Counted from the stretch's first letter, positions 8,565-16,333 are shown. The stretch is DNA of 20,000 bases from an uncultured virus (IMG/VR IMGVR_UViG_3300011862_000002) (IMGVR_UViG_3300011862_000002), one strand, 5' to 3'. Numbers and translations are program-made. Notes: generated by a model from the letters alone, not told the origin.

Positions 8565-10508
8565 ATGTCTAACACTAACAACGCTAACAACACTAACACT
8601 AATGTCACTGCTGATAAGGTGTGGTCGCTCGAAGAAGCACAACAGGCAGTACAAAACATCTTCGAAAACGGAGAAGCATGGGCAGTTTCTTCTCTGGAAG
8701 CAACAACGTATCAAAATACGCAAGTGGTCTCTCCACAACGTGAACTCGTCTTACTTGCTGTTAAAGAGCTCCGTGCGAAGTTTGGTCCGTCAATGCAGTT
8801 CATCCATGGTCAAACGGAAAAAGATTTGAAGGACTTCTACAAAGCTGTTGAAGCTTTTGTAGAAGCTGGGGAAATGGAATGGCATAAGGATGTTGACTCT
8901 GATATCTTGTCATGGGAAACAGAGAAGGACGAGCTGACGTTCCAAGTATTCAAGGGGCAAGTGCGTCGTACGTCTCAGCTCGAAGTCGAGCCAAAAGAAC
9001 GTGTGACGTATCGTAACGTCTGGCAAGAGACAATGGAGCGGGTTGATTTCCATCTCTCTGTGAAAGCAGAGAAGATGCCCATCTTACGTCCAGCTTTCAT
9101 TGCTGGTCAGAAGATGGAAACGGGCGTACGCGTCGTCCGTCGTCATTCTTCTGTTCAACTCTCTACGGAGTTTGGCGGATTCGTCATTCGTGAGCTTCAG
9201 TCGATTGGGCAAACGTTCAAGCGCTCGATGAACATGCTCACAGAGTTCATGGCGCTTGAAGAGCGCCTTGAAATTCCAGAAGCAGAGAAAGAGTTGCTTC
9301 TACAACGTGGTGCTACCTTGCTGTCGTACTCGAACAACGCAATGGAGCAAATCCGTGCGTTTAAGCGTGCGATTGAGCCACGTGCGAAAGAAATGTTAGG
9401 AGAGCGTAACCTAACAAACGATGCTCAGTTCAAGTTAGACCGAGCAACAGGTAATTACACGTTCCAACAATTGAAGGAGATGCATTGCCTTCGCATCGGA
9501 CACGATGTTTGGAACAACCAGATGACAACATCTGGTAAGCGCAACGCGGCGTTGCGTAAAGCCATGACGATGGCTGAGAAAGACCGCTTGGCTATCCTAA
9601 ACCAAGACATGAACACAGAGCTCGCTTCTGTGATGCATGAATGGACGAAAGGTATTCCAAATGGGATGGTGAAGATGGCAACGCTTATGTATATCCAGCA
9701 ATACAGCATCGAGAAATCCGGGCTTGAAGGATTGTCAGTGTTCTGGAATGCATTTGAACAAGGCTTGGTCCTTGCTTTGAAAATGATGGGGGAAGAAGGC
9801 GAGCTTCCTGTTTACGTCCCATCAAGCAAACCAATCTATTTCTTGTTCGAGCCAATGCTAGGTAACATGGCATTGGTTCCAACAGCGCATGCTGAGCTGA
9901 CAGCACGTGGCATCTTGAATCAAGACATCGACATTGTAACTGTCAATGACGAAGTCGGGATTCAACTTGAATGTGGGTTCTTCCCACTTCAGAAACGAGC
10001 AGACCGTATGAAGTGGCTACCAGCCGGTCGTTCGTATGTGGCGAAAGTCACAGCCTATAACAACACTGTAAAAGCAGGTCTATCTCTTCAGCTGTCCGAC
10101 ATTCGGGCAGTTGAGGAGCCACCTGTCTTTACAGAGGAAGACATCAAGGAGAACATCGTCGATGCTCCAGTCGAAGAGCAAGACGTATGGGATGGTTTCG
10201 ATGCATCAGACGAAGGGTTTGTCTTCCCTTCTGACGAAGCTGATGCATTATTCGACACAGCTTCTGAAGACGTCGAAGAAGCGGCACCACAGCCTGTTGT
10301 TCTTGCAACAACACCGGTGATTGATGCAACGCTGAAGACGTATTCACCGGAGCAATTGCTCACTCAAGAGTTTGAGATGAAAGTCTCACCACTTGGTACG
10401 CAAGTCTATATCGTACTGGGTGGACAGAAACACCTTGCATTTACGACGGATGTTGAGTTGTCATCGCTTGACGGTATGCGTCACGATGGCATGAACTTCA
10501 TCATCTGA
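8565..10508 (+). CDS. Large hypothetical protein (647 aa), possible polymerase partner subunit
   Basis: Start moved to ATG 8565 (MSNTNNAN) behind AGGGGA SD; acidic low-complexity linker near the C-terminus; adjacent to the polymerase gene. Confidence 0.85.
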   Translation: MSNTNNANNTNTNVTADKVWSLEEAQQAVQNIFENGEAWAVSSLEATTYQNTQVVSPQRELVLLAVKELRAKFGPSMQFIHGQTEKDLKDFYKAVEAFVEAGEMEWHKDVDSDILSWETEKDELTFQVFKGQVRRTSQLEVEPKERVTYRNVWQETMERVDFHLSVKAEKMPILRPAFIAGQKMETGVRVVRRHSSVQLSTEFGGFVIRELQSIGQTFKRSMNMLTEFMALEERLEIPEAEKELLLQRGATLLSYSNNAMEQIRAFKRAIEPRAKEMLGERNLTNDAQFKLDRATGNYTFQQLKEMHCLRIGHDVWNNQMTTSGKRNAALRKAMTMAEKDRLAILNQDMNTELASVMHEWTKGIPNGMVKMATLMYIQQYSIEKSGLEGLSVFWNAFEQGLVLALKMMGEEGELPVYVPSSKPIYFLFEPMLGNMALVPTAHAELTARGILNQDIDIVTVNDEVGIQLECGFFPLQKRADRMKWLPAGRSYVAKVTAYNNTVKAGLSLQLSDIRAVEEPPVFTEEDIKENIVDAPVEEQDVWDGFDASDEGFVFPSDEADALFDTASEDVEEAAPQPVVLATTPVIDATLKTYSPEQLLTQEFEMKVSPLGTQVYIVLGGQKHLAFTTDVELSSLDGMRHDGMNFII

Positions 10509-10514
10509 TTTAGG

Positions 10515-10544
10515 AAGGCCCTCTTCGGAGGGTCTTTTGTTTTA
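10515..10544 (+). terminator. Intrinsic terminator
   Basis: AAGGCCCTC-TTCG-GAGGGTCTT then TTGTTTT; cUUCGg loop. Confidence 0.8.
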
Positions 10545-10590
10545 TCATTGTCCGTCACTCAATCCACATACAAAAAGGAGATTATTAATC

Positions 10591-11589
10591 ATGAAAATCC
10601 AAAACAAAATCAACCGTTATGCAGTCAACGCAACAGCAGTCAACTTTGAAGCACAAGTCCGTAAGATGCAAAAAGCTATTGCATTAGCAGAACAAGAATT
10701 ACAGCAAGCACATGAGACGTTTGCTGAGTTCGTCGCAACACCGATTTTACCAGAGAAGAAAGAGGTCGCTCCTTTGGTTCTCGAATTGCCTCAGACAGAG
10801 GAAGTCGCTCCTTTGGTTCTTGATTTGCCTGTTGCAGAAGAAAAAGAGGTGGCGCCGTTGGTCTTGAACTTACCAGCAGAAGAAACACCGAAGGCACGTG
10901 TTGTCGACAAGGTGAAGCAGAACATGCCACCGAAAACGGCACCGAATCCTCAGACTGGCTTCATTGCTGGTCCAGCTCAACCGGGCATTATCTTAAACAG
11001 TGCCCGTATGAGTCATAAGCACCAATCATTAGAGTACTTGGAGAAGCTACGTGTCTTCATGTACTCAGGTATTCTGAAACTTGCGGAAGCTGGCGTCCGT
11101 GAGTTACACGTAGCAGAGCTAGATGGCATTGAGTTCTTGATGCCACTCATCTGGGAGAGCGTGCTCGTTAAGTTCCCAGATATGAAGTTGGTCTTGTTCT
11201 CTAATGGCAAGAATAACTTCGAGAAGTACAAAACCGAAGAGTATGAGGAATCGTTCAAGATTCACTCTCCTTATCGGTTGCAACAACAACTACGCAAGAT
11301 TGCAACGCGCGTAGTAATGGTCGAAGGGAATGCTTTCGCTGTCCGTCGTGCGGTAGCGAAGGATACCAACGGCTATGTTCGTATCTCTCCATTTAAGATG
11401 CAGGATGCGACGACACCACTGTACAAAGGTAAGTCTCTATGTGTGCAAATCTGCCCATGGACACTTGCCGTCGAAGTCGGTGGTGGGCTTCAACGTCTCT
11501 CGAAACCGGGAGATGGCAATGATTACCGCCCGACGCACGTGAAGAAGGCGGCAGAAGGGAAACCGGTGACAGGGGCGCCGACTCATTAA
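10591..11589 (+). CDS. Hypothetical protein (332 aa): coiled coil, three EVAPLVLxLP repeats, possible degenerate SLOG/YspA-like domain
   Basis: ATG 10591 behind AAGGAG; repeats visible in the translation; GILKLAEAGVRELHVAELDGIEF...KFPDMKLVLF resembles the YspA/DUF1273 pattern. Confidence 0.8.
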   Translation: MKIQNKINRYAVNATAVNFEAQVRKMQKAIALAEQELQQAHETFAEFVATPILPEKKEVAPLVLELPQTEEVAPLVLDLPVAEEKEVAPLVLNLPAEETPKARVVDKVKQNMPPKTAPNPQTGFIAGPAQPGIILNSARMSHKHQSLEYLEKLRVFMYSGILKLAEAGVRELHVAELDGIEFLMPLIWESVLVKFPDMKLVLFSNGKNNFEKYKTEEYEESFKIHSPYRLQQQLRKIATRVVMVEGNAFAVRRAVAKDTNGYVRISPFKMQDATTPLYKGKSLCVQICPWTLAVEVGGGLQRLSKPGDGNDYRPTHVKKAAEGKPVTGAPTH

Positions 11590-11606
11590 GAGTGGGCACC
11601 CTTTTT
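11571..11606 (+). terminator. Possible terminator overlapping the stop codon
   Basis: Imperfect stem GGGGCGCCGACTC-ATTAA-GAGTGGGCACCC followed by T5. Confidence 0.45.
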
Positions 11607-11656
11607 CTATACGGTTGGCTATTGGGCCTTCGGCTAGGGGTTTTAAACCCTTACAG

Positions 11657-11672
11657 GCGGGGGCCTACGGCC
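11657..11672 (+). promoter_or_regulatory. Hairpin element copy 1 (no TGATT)
   Basis: GCGGG-GGCC-TAC-GGCC; compensatory stem variant. Confidence 0.65.
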
Positions 11673-11711
11673 ATCTTGCTTAGGTACTACAACTAGAAAG
11701 GAGTGACAACG

Positions 11712-11945
11712 ATGTCACGAGAGTTTATTGTTTCTTTATTGCGTTTGGTATTACCGTACCCGTTACACTGGTACGAAAGTAAGTCCTTGCACCAATTGAA
11801 CGGAATGTACGCGGAATACCGGGGAGCCATTTCCCGGAAACGTGTACAGTTGGCATTTGAAGCCGACGACCGCCGCTTGCAAGAGCGGTTAAAGAAAAAA
11901 CCATTCGTTCCTCCGAAAGAGGACAATGGATTGCCCTTCTTTTAG
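11712..11945 (+). CDS. Hypothetical protein (77 aa)
   Basis: ATG 11712 behind GAAAGGAG SD. Confidence 0.75.
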   Translation: MSREFIVSLLRLVLPYPLHWYESKSLHQLNGMYAEYRGAISRKRVQLAFEADDRRLQERLKKKPFVPPKEDNGLPFF

Positions 11946-11965
11946 GGCAAGTTCAAAAGCAAAAG

Positions 11966-11996
11966 GCGGGGGGCATACGCCCTTCTTTTGTTGATT
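11966..11996 (+). promoter_or_regulatory. Hairpin element copy 2
   Basis: GCGGG-GGGC-ATAC-GCCC-N9-TGATT. Confidence 0.75.
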
Positions 11997-11999
11997 CAA

Positions 12000-12253
12000 T
12001 GAGGTTGCACGAACTGATGTGCCTTCGGGTGCAGAGGTCTGTCCGCCCCTGATTGAGTTGTTTTAGAGCAAAACGGACAGACTTCCTGTTCGTACTCCTA
12101 TGTGTTGGGGGTACGAACGGTCAGGGGTCTATAAGTCCTCCAACACACATCAATTCTCTTCCTAACAGGAGGGTTGATGGAGGCACAAGCTTTACCCTTA
12201 ATTGTTAGGTCTCCCCCGTTCCACCGGGTAGGAGGGATTTAGGTGTAGTCTCG
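12000..12253 (+). ncRNA. Candidate large structured ncRNA with three pseudoknots; not assignable to a family I recognise
   Basis: Closing helix 12001-12010/12243-12252; cUUCGg hairpin 12018-12033; stems 12034-45/12074-85, 12086-98/12108-20 and 12148-58/12169-79; perfect 7-bp loop-to-downstream pairings; G-U pairs favour the plus-strand RNA; no credible ORF. Confidence 0.75.
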
Positions 12254-12262
12254 CGCAGGAGT

Positions 12263-12276
12263 GCGGGGGCTACGCC
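12263..12276 (+). promoter_or_regulatory. Hairpin element copy 3 (degenerate)
   Basis: GCGGGGGC-TAC-GCC; one G short, 3-bp stem, no TGATT. Confidence 0.45.
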
Positions 12277-12340
12277 AGTGGATATTGTGTGACCGGGGGC
12301 TTACTCACCCTCCGGCACATAGTAAATATTTAATGTTAAA

Positions 12341-12371
12341 ACGGGGGGCTACCGCCCTTCTACATATGATT
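12341..12371 (+). promoter_or_regulatory. Hairpin element copy 4
   Basis: ACGGG-GGGC-TACC-GCCC-N9-TGATT. Confidence 0.75.
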
Positions 12372-12401
12372 GATAATCTCATACTGAAGGGAATGGTTCA
12401 A

Positions 12402-12680
12402 ATGTTACAATATGATTATTCTGATGGTTTACATCGCTTGGCTCTATCTATTAATACACTGGTTGATGCCCACCGGGCAAATGCTTTAACTAATCAACAT
12501 CCTGCTCTTCTGTCTTATAAATCTGAATTACTTGTTCCCGGGTATCCTCATTTTGGGGCAATGGGAACATGGGCAATTACTGCTGTTGAATCCATGGTCG
12601 GTACACATGATGAATACGATGAATCCTATATGGACGCATGGGACGTTTACCATGGTAATCCTGTTGGTTCTTGGCGTTAA
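12402..12680 (+). CDS. Hypothetical protein (92 aa)
   Basis: Start moved to ATG 12402 (MLQYDYS) behind GAAGGGA; followed by a terminator. Confidence 0.7.
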   Translation: MLQYDYSDGLHRLALSINTLVDAHRANALTNQHPALLSYKSELLVPGYPHFGAMGTWAITAVESMVGTHDEYDESYMDAWDVYHGNPVGSWR

Positions 12681-12681
12681 T

Positions 12682-12706
12682 GGGGCCTTCGGGCTCCTTT
12701 TTTTTT
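12682..12706 (+). terminator. Intrinsic terminator
   Basis: GGGGCC-TTCG-GGCTCC followed by T9. Confidence 0.9.
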
Positions 12707-12714
12707 AATCCCGA

Positions 12715-12775
12715 ACACATCCCCAGTAGCCACACACATCCTTCGGCTATACATATCCAATTGCTATACATATCC
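12715..12775 (+). repeat. Four ACAYATCC boxes
   Basis: At 12715, 12734, 12751 and 12768 (spacing 19, 17, 17). Confidence 0.7.
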
Positions 12776-12788
12776 TTTATGATGAAGG

Positions 12789-12819
12789 GCGGGGGCCATA
12801 CGGCCTTCTGCTCTTGATT
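12789..12819 (+). promoter_or_regulatory. Hairpin element copy 5
   Basis: GCGGG-GGCC-ATAC-GGCC-N9-TGATT; lies after a strong terminator, where re-initiation would be needed. Confidence 0.75.
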
Positions 12820-12845
12820 CTAATCTATGCAAAGGGGAGATTTAC

Positions 12846-13028
12846 ATGAACATTTCTGAACTACAAGTTTTACATTCTAATGCTGGTTATTACCTTGGAC
12901 GGACATGCGAAGATGAAGTCGATGGCATGGTCTTCGATGTTCCCTATGACCGTCAGTCCGGCTACTATAAAACACAGGCACAAGCGGAGCAAGCGCTTCG
13001 GTTCGAACAACTGCATCAACAAGATTAA
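12846..13028 (+). CDS. Small phage protein (60 aa) with an SxAGYYxG...PYxRxSxYY pattern
   Basis: AAGGGGAG SD; pattern recalled from conserved phage hypothetical proteins; function unknown. Confidence 0.8.
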   Translation: MNISELQVLHSNAGYYLGRTCEDEVDGMVFDVPYDRQSGYYKTQAQAEQALRFEQLHQQD

Positions 13029-13030
13029 AA

Positions 13031-13061
13031 GCGGGGGGCTACAGCCCTCCTTTCTTTGATT
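13031..13061 (+). promoter_or_regulatory. Hairpin element copy 6
   Basis: GCGGG-GGGC-TACA-GCCC-N9-TGATT. Confidence 0.75.
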
Positions 13062-13090
13062 ACAACTTTATATGAAAAGGAGCGATTCAC

Positions 13091-13417
13091 ATGTATGAAC
13101 AAATTGAACGGGAAGTCGAAATGGACAAATTCTTCCGTCGGGGGAAATACACATCCAATGTTAACCCGGCAACTGGGGAATTCATCGAATCCCCACCTTC
13201 AGCGGATAAGCCTCACCGCTGTCATGTCATCAAACGGTTATGCCCGAAAATGACGATGAACACGGATATGGCTGTCATCACGCAAGATGTGAAGTTGGCT
13301 TATCAAGGAAAACAGTTTTGGCATACGGTTGAACTTGCAACATGCAAACGGGAAGACGTTGCTCGTGAGTATCAGAAATATGCTCAAGCGTGGCGCCTAG
13401 AGGAGGAAAGCAAATGA
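13091..13417 (+). CDS. Hypothetical protein (108 aa)
   Basis: AAAGGAG SD; coupled to the next gene. Confidence 0.8.
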   Translation: MYEQIEREVEMDKFFRRGKYTSNVNPATGEFIESPPSADKPHRCHVIKRLCPKMTMNTDMAVITQDVKLAYQGKQFWHTVELATCKREDVAREYQKYAQAWRLEEESK

Positions 13418-13593
13418 ACGACCAATTGCTTTTCTTCATGATGGCATCCATGTATCTCGTGTTTTGTGCGTACGTCGTCGGTATCGCGTATATTGCGCGG
13501 TACCTTCTGCTTCGCGATTGTTTCAAGTTAGCCTTCTCTAGTTTCTTCGTCGGTGTCGGCGGTCTTATCTTCGTTTTAAATACATTATTCTAA
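13414..13593 (+). CDS. Small membrane protein (59 aa)
   Basis: ATG 13414 behind GAGGAGG; two hydrophobic helices. Confidence 0.75.
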   Translation: MNDQLLFFMMASMYLVFCAYVVGIAYIARYLLLRDCFKLAFSSFFVGVGGLIFVLNTLF

Positions 13594-13607
13594 GGGAGCG
13601 ATTCATT

Positions 13608-13793
13608 ATGAAAAAAGTTGGTAAATTATTACTTAAAGGTGCTATTCTCTATACGTTTGCGATGTATGTCGCCGCTTACTCGATTGTCCAAGAAAAACGG
13701 AAGACCGACGCTCAGATTGATGAGCTCACGAAACAGTACGAAGCACGTCAAGCTGGTTTCAAAAAAACTCTTAAACAATTGGGGGCTATCTAA
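13608..13793 (+). CDS. Small membrane-anchored coiled-coil protein (61 aa)
   Basis: AAGGGAG SD; N-terminal hydrophobic helix. Confidence 0.8.
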   Translation: MKKVGKLLLKGAILYTFAMYVAAYSIVQEKRKTDAQIDELTKQYEARQAGFKKTLKQLGAI

Positions 13794-14068
13794 TGTTATT
13801 CTATGACACGCATTCTTCTAAAATGGTAGAACGTCCGCTCGTCGAAGTTATGTTAGAAAATGGTCAGCGCGGGGTATTCGTTAATAACAATATCTCGTGC
13901 ATCAACGCTTTTGACTTTGAGAAGAAAGTCTTAAGCCAGCAATCGATTGCGGGGAATGTCGATACACGGCACACGCCTCTCGATGAAGCTGTCGTTAAAT
14001 ATAATGAAACATGCATTCCATCAAAACGTATTGTCACATTCCATATCCTAGAGGAGGCAATAGCATGA
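13793..14068 (+). CDS. Hypothetical protein (91 aa)
   Basis: TAATG coupling with the upstream gene. Confidence 0.75.
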   Translation: MLFYDTHSSKMVERPLVEVMLENGQRGVFVNNNISCINAFDFEKKVLSQQSIAGNVDTRHTPLDEAVVKYNETCIPSKRIVTFHILEEAIA

Positions 14069-14352
14069 ACCCTGTCATCCAACCAACTACTACTATCAAA
14101 CCACTTCCACATGAAGATACGACGGAGACGCGCGAATACTCTGCTATCTACGCTGATGGTGTCCGTTACGAGGGCATCACCGCGATTCGTCTCGTTACCT
14201 TCAACAACGAAGGTCAGCGTCTTTACGAAGTCTCTGTCGACCCAGAAGAAAAGGTCTTCTATAAGATTCCTTATGGGTTTGATGTTCATTATGAGCATGA
14301 AGGTAAAGACATCAACATGATGATTACGCACGCTAAGTTCAAACAATATTGA
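14065..14352 (+). CDS. Hypothetical protein (95 aa)
   Basis: ATG 14065 behind GAGGAGG; ATGA coupling. Confidence 0.8.
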   Translation: MNPVIQPTTTIKPLPHEDTTETREYSAIYADGVRYEGITAIRLVTFNNEGQRLYEVSVDPEEKVFYKIPYGFDVHYEHEGKDINMMITHAKFKQY

Positions 14353-14375
14353 GGGCCTTCGGGCTCTCTTTTTTT
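14351..14375 (+). terminator. Intrinsic terminator
   Basis: GAGGGCC-TTCG-GGCTCTC followed by T7. Confidence 0.9.
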
Positions 14376-14381
14376 ATGGAC

Positions 14382-14425
14382 ACACATCTCCAGTGAGAAC
14401 ACACATCCAAAAGGAGGACACATCC
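14382..14425 (+). repeat. Three ACACATCY boxes
   Basis: At 14382, 14401 and 14418 (spacing 19, 17). Confidence 0.7.
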
Positions 14426-14426
14426 A

Positions 14427-14630
14427 ATGTCTACTTTCACCATCATTTGTTTAGTAGTGTTGTTCGTATGCCTCATTGTAAGCATACACAATTACCGCAA
14501 AGCCCTTCGGCTCATTCAAGAGCATGGGACCAGCCAACAACTTAAAGGGAACTTGAAGGTCCAGCGATTCAATCTCTTACTTCAATTCGTTTTATTCTTC
14601 GGCATTCTATTCCTTAATCTATTCTTTTAA
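14427..14630 (+). CDS. Small membrane protein (67 aa)
   Basis: AAGGAGG SD; two hydrophobic helices. Confidence 0.8.
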   Translation: MSTFTIICLVVLFVCLIVSIHNYRKALRLIQEHGTSQQLKGNLKVQRFNLLLQFVLFFGILFLNLFF

Positions 14631-14640
14631 AAGATAAAGG

Positions 14641-14670
14641 GCGGGGGGCTACGCCCTCCTCTTAATGATT
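14641..14670 (+). promoter_or_regulatory. Hairpin element copy 7
   Basis: GCGGG-GGGC-TAC-GCCC-N9-TGATT. Confidence 0.8.
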
Positions 14671-14714
14671 CTCAGTGCCTGTAGCCATTCACCTTATAGA
14701 AAGGAAGATTATCC

Positions 14715-15020
14715 ATGGAAGAACAAATCTACGCGTATCAGCACATCCTCAACAACACAAAGAAGTTCGATGACATCACTGTCGGGTTAGCCTCTGTCGT
14801 CAACGGTCTTGTCAATGACCTCATTGCGAAGAATCAAGACTTCATTCGTATGAACAGTGAACAGCGGTTGTATTCGGCTGTCGCCAAAGCTCGTATCTTG
14901 GAAATGCAATTGGCGTACACGATTGACTATAGTCATACGCCGTTGCTTCCAGAGATTCTTCCGCTCGACCCTATCAAGGTCAATGCGCTACAGGAGGAAT
15001 ACGAAGCCCAGTTCCAATAA
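14715..15020 (+). CDS. Hypothetical protein (101 aa)
   Basis: GAAAGGA SD. Confidence 0.8.
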   Translation: MEEQIYAYQHILNNTKKFDDITVGLASVVNGLVNDLIAKNQDFIRMNSEQRLYSAVAKARILEMQLAYTIDYSHTPLLPEILPLDPIKVNALQEEYEAQFQ

Positions 15021-15060
15021 GAGCCTTCTGGCTCTTACATACCCAAAGGAGGAGATACTC

Positions 15061-15420
15061 ATGAAAAACGCACAGGAAATGTACACCATCACACAGGAAG
15101 CTACGAAACGACGTGCCAAACAAATTGCTACCAAAAGAATCGTCACGGCTCTTGCCGGCTTAATTGAAACAGAAGCCAATAAAGGGATGACCTATGTGAA
15201 AGTTCCTATCAGCGATTTGCCTTTTGACAACAACTTCTTCGCAAGCTTAGGAAACTTAGAGGCGGTTGCGCTGGAACTCCGTAAGTTCGACTACAAAGCC
15301 CATGTCATCCTTGACAACCATACCGGTTCTATCTTCTTACATGTTGATTGGACACCTGATGAACTCGAAGAAGTCTTCAAAGAATTGGGTGCGGTCATAC
15401 GCGCTTCCTCCCAATTCTAA
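15061..15420 (+). CDS. Hypothetical protein (119 aa), probable paralog of the next gene
   Basis: Start moved to ATG 15061 behind AAGGAGGAG. Confidence 0.8.
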   Translation: MKNAQEMYTITQEATKRRAKQIATKRIVTALAGLIETEANKGMTYVKVPISDLPFDNNFFASLGNLEAVALELRKFDYKAHVILDNHTGSIFLHVDWTPDELEEVFKELGAVIRASSQF

Positions 15421-15429
15421 GAACAAAGA

Positions 15430-15460
15430 GCGGGGGGCGTACGCCCTCCTGTTCTTGATT
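15430..15460 (+). promoter_or_regulatory. Hairpin element copy 8
   Basis: GCGGG-GGGC-GTAC-GCCC-N9-TGATT. Confidence 0.75.
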
Positions 15461-15478
15461 ATGAGAGGAGAGATATCC

Positions 15479-15796
15479 ATGATGTCTACAGAAGCAGAAA
15501 TCTTTCGTTTTATGGCAAACGAACGGAATCTTCAGAAACAACATGAGGACGCCGTACTCAATGTAAAAATCATCAACGCCGCAGAAGAGATGATAGCGGA
15601 CTGCATGCCACGTGCCGCACGAGGCTTATACTCGCACCATATCTCATTGTCTGACTATGAATTCCTTTTCTCAAACATTCATGCTTACGATGAAGCCATT
15701 ATGGAACAATTGACCTATCGTGGGTTCACTGTCCATCAAACGCATCCCGCGCATCTTCTTATTTCATGGAAGGCAGAGGCAGGTGAAACCCCTTGA
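15479..15796 (+). CDS. Hypothetical protein (105 aa), probable paralog of the previous gene
   Basis: Start moved to ATG 15479 behind GAGGAG. Confidence 0.8.
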   Translation: MMSTEAEIFRFMANERNLQKQHEDAVLNVKIINAAEEMIADCMPRAARGLYSHHISLSDYEFLFSNIHAYDEAIMEQLTYRGFTVHQTHPAHLLISWKAEAGETP

Positions 15797-16296
15797 AAAT
15801 TGGTGTCATCGGCATGCGGATGCGGAAACACCATCCGTACTACAACCGCAACAGCCCAAAGCTTGATGATATCTGGAAGTGGCAAGAAGACATCCTCAGT
15901 GCTCTTGCACCCCAAGGACATACGTTCTTAATCGGGTGTGCGGACCACTGGGACAGTCGTGCCATGAAATGGTTATTCTATAACGGATACGCCGACCAGA
16001 TTCAGCTCATCTTACCTTTCCCGGGCTTCGGGCATAAACAGGGAGAAGATTGGCGGAAGGTGCGGGAACAACTGGAACTTCGAGGGCAAGCCCTCTATAT
16101 CCATGACAACCCGACCTCTGACCAATACCAAATGCTCAACCAACGAAACCGGACGCTCATCCATGAAAGTGACTGGATACTCTGGTTATGGGACGGAACC
16201 CAGAAAGACGCTTACAGTGGGCTCATCCTGAATAAGAAACCCGGCTATACTTTCCCGTGGAAGACCTACGTGGAAAGCCATCGCGTCACTCAATGA
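15793..16296 (+). CDS. SLOG-superfamily protein, YspA/DUF1273-like
   Basis: MKIGVIGMR start, FLIGCADHWD, LILPFPG and QRNRTLIHESDWILWLWDG match the YspA/DUF1273 pattern; TTG start behind AGGTGA. Confidence 0.75.
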   Translation: MKIGVIGMRMRKHHPYYNRNSPKLDDIWKWQEDILSALAPQGHTFLIGCADHWDSRAMKWLFYNGYADQIQLILPFPGFGHKQGEDWRKVREQLELRGQALYIHDNPTSDQYQMLNQRNRTLIHESDWILWLWDGTQKDAYSGLILNKKPGYTFPWKTYVESHRVTQ

Positions 16297-16333
16297 CCAT
16301 AACTCAATCGCATACAAAAAGGAGACTATTATC

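Noticed and set aside
5235..11599. Many short antisense or alternate-frame ORFs inside the large genes
   Set aside because: Shadow ORFs of long coding frames, without SD sites.
12014..12036. Second hammerhead at CTGATGT...GCAGAG
   Set aside because: Core reads CUGAUGU rather than CUGANGA, and no GAAA follows the hairpin.
12000..12330. tmRNA, tRNA or RNase P identity for the pseudoknotted RNA
   Set aside because: No tRNA-like acceptor or T-arm ending in CCA, no tag reading frame recognised, no GAGGAAAGUCC signature.
15019..15036. Hairpin AAGAGCC-TTCT-GGCTCTT as a terminator
   Set aside because: Perfect stem but no U-tract; function unclear.
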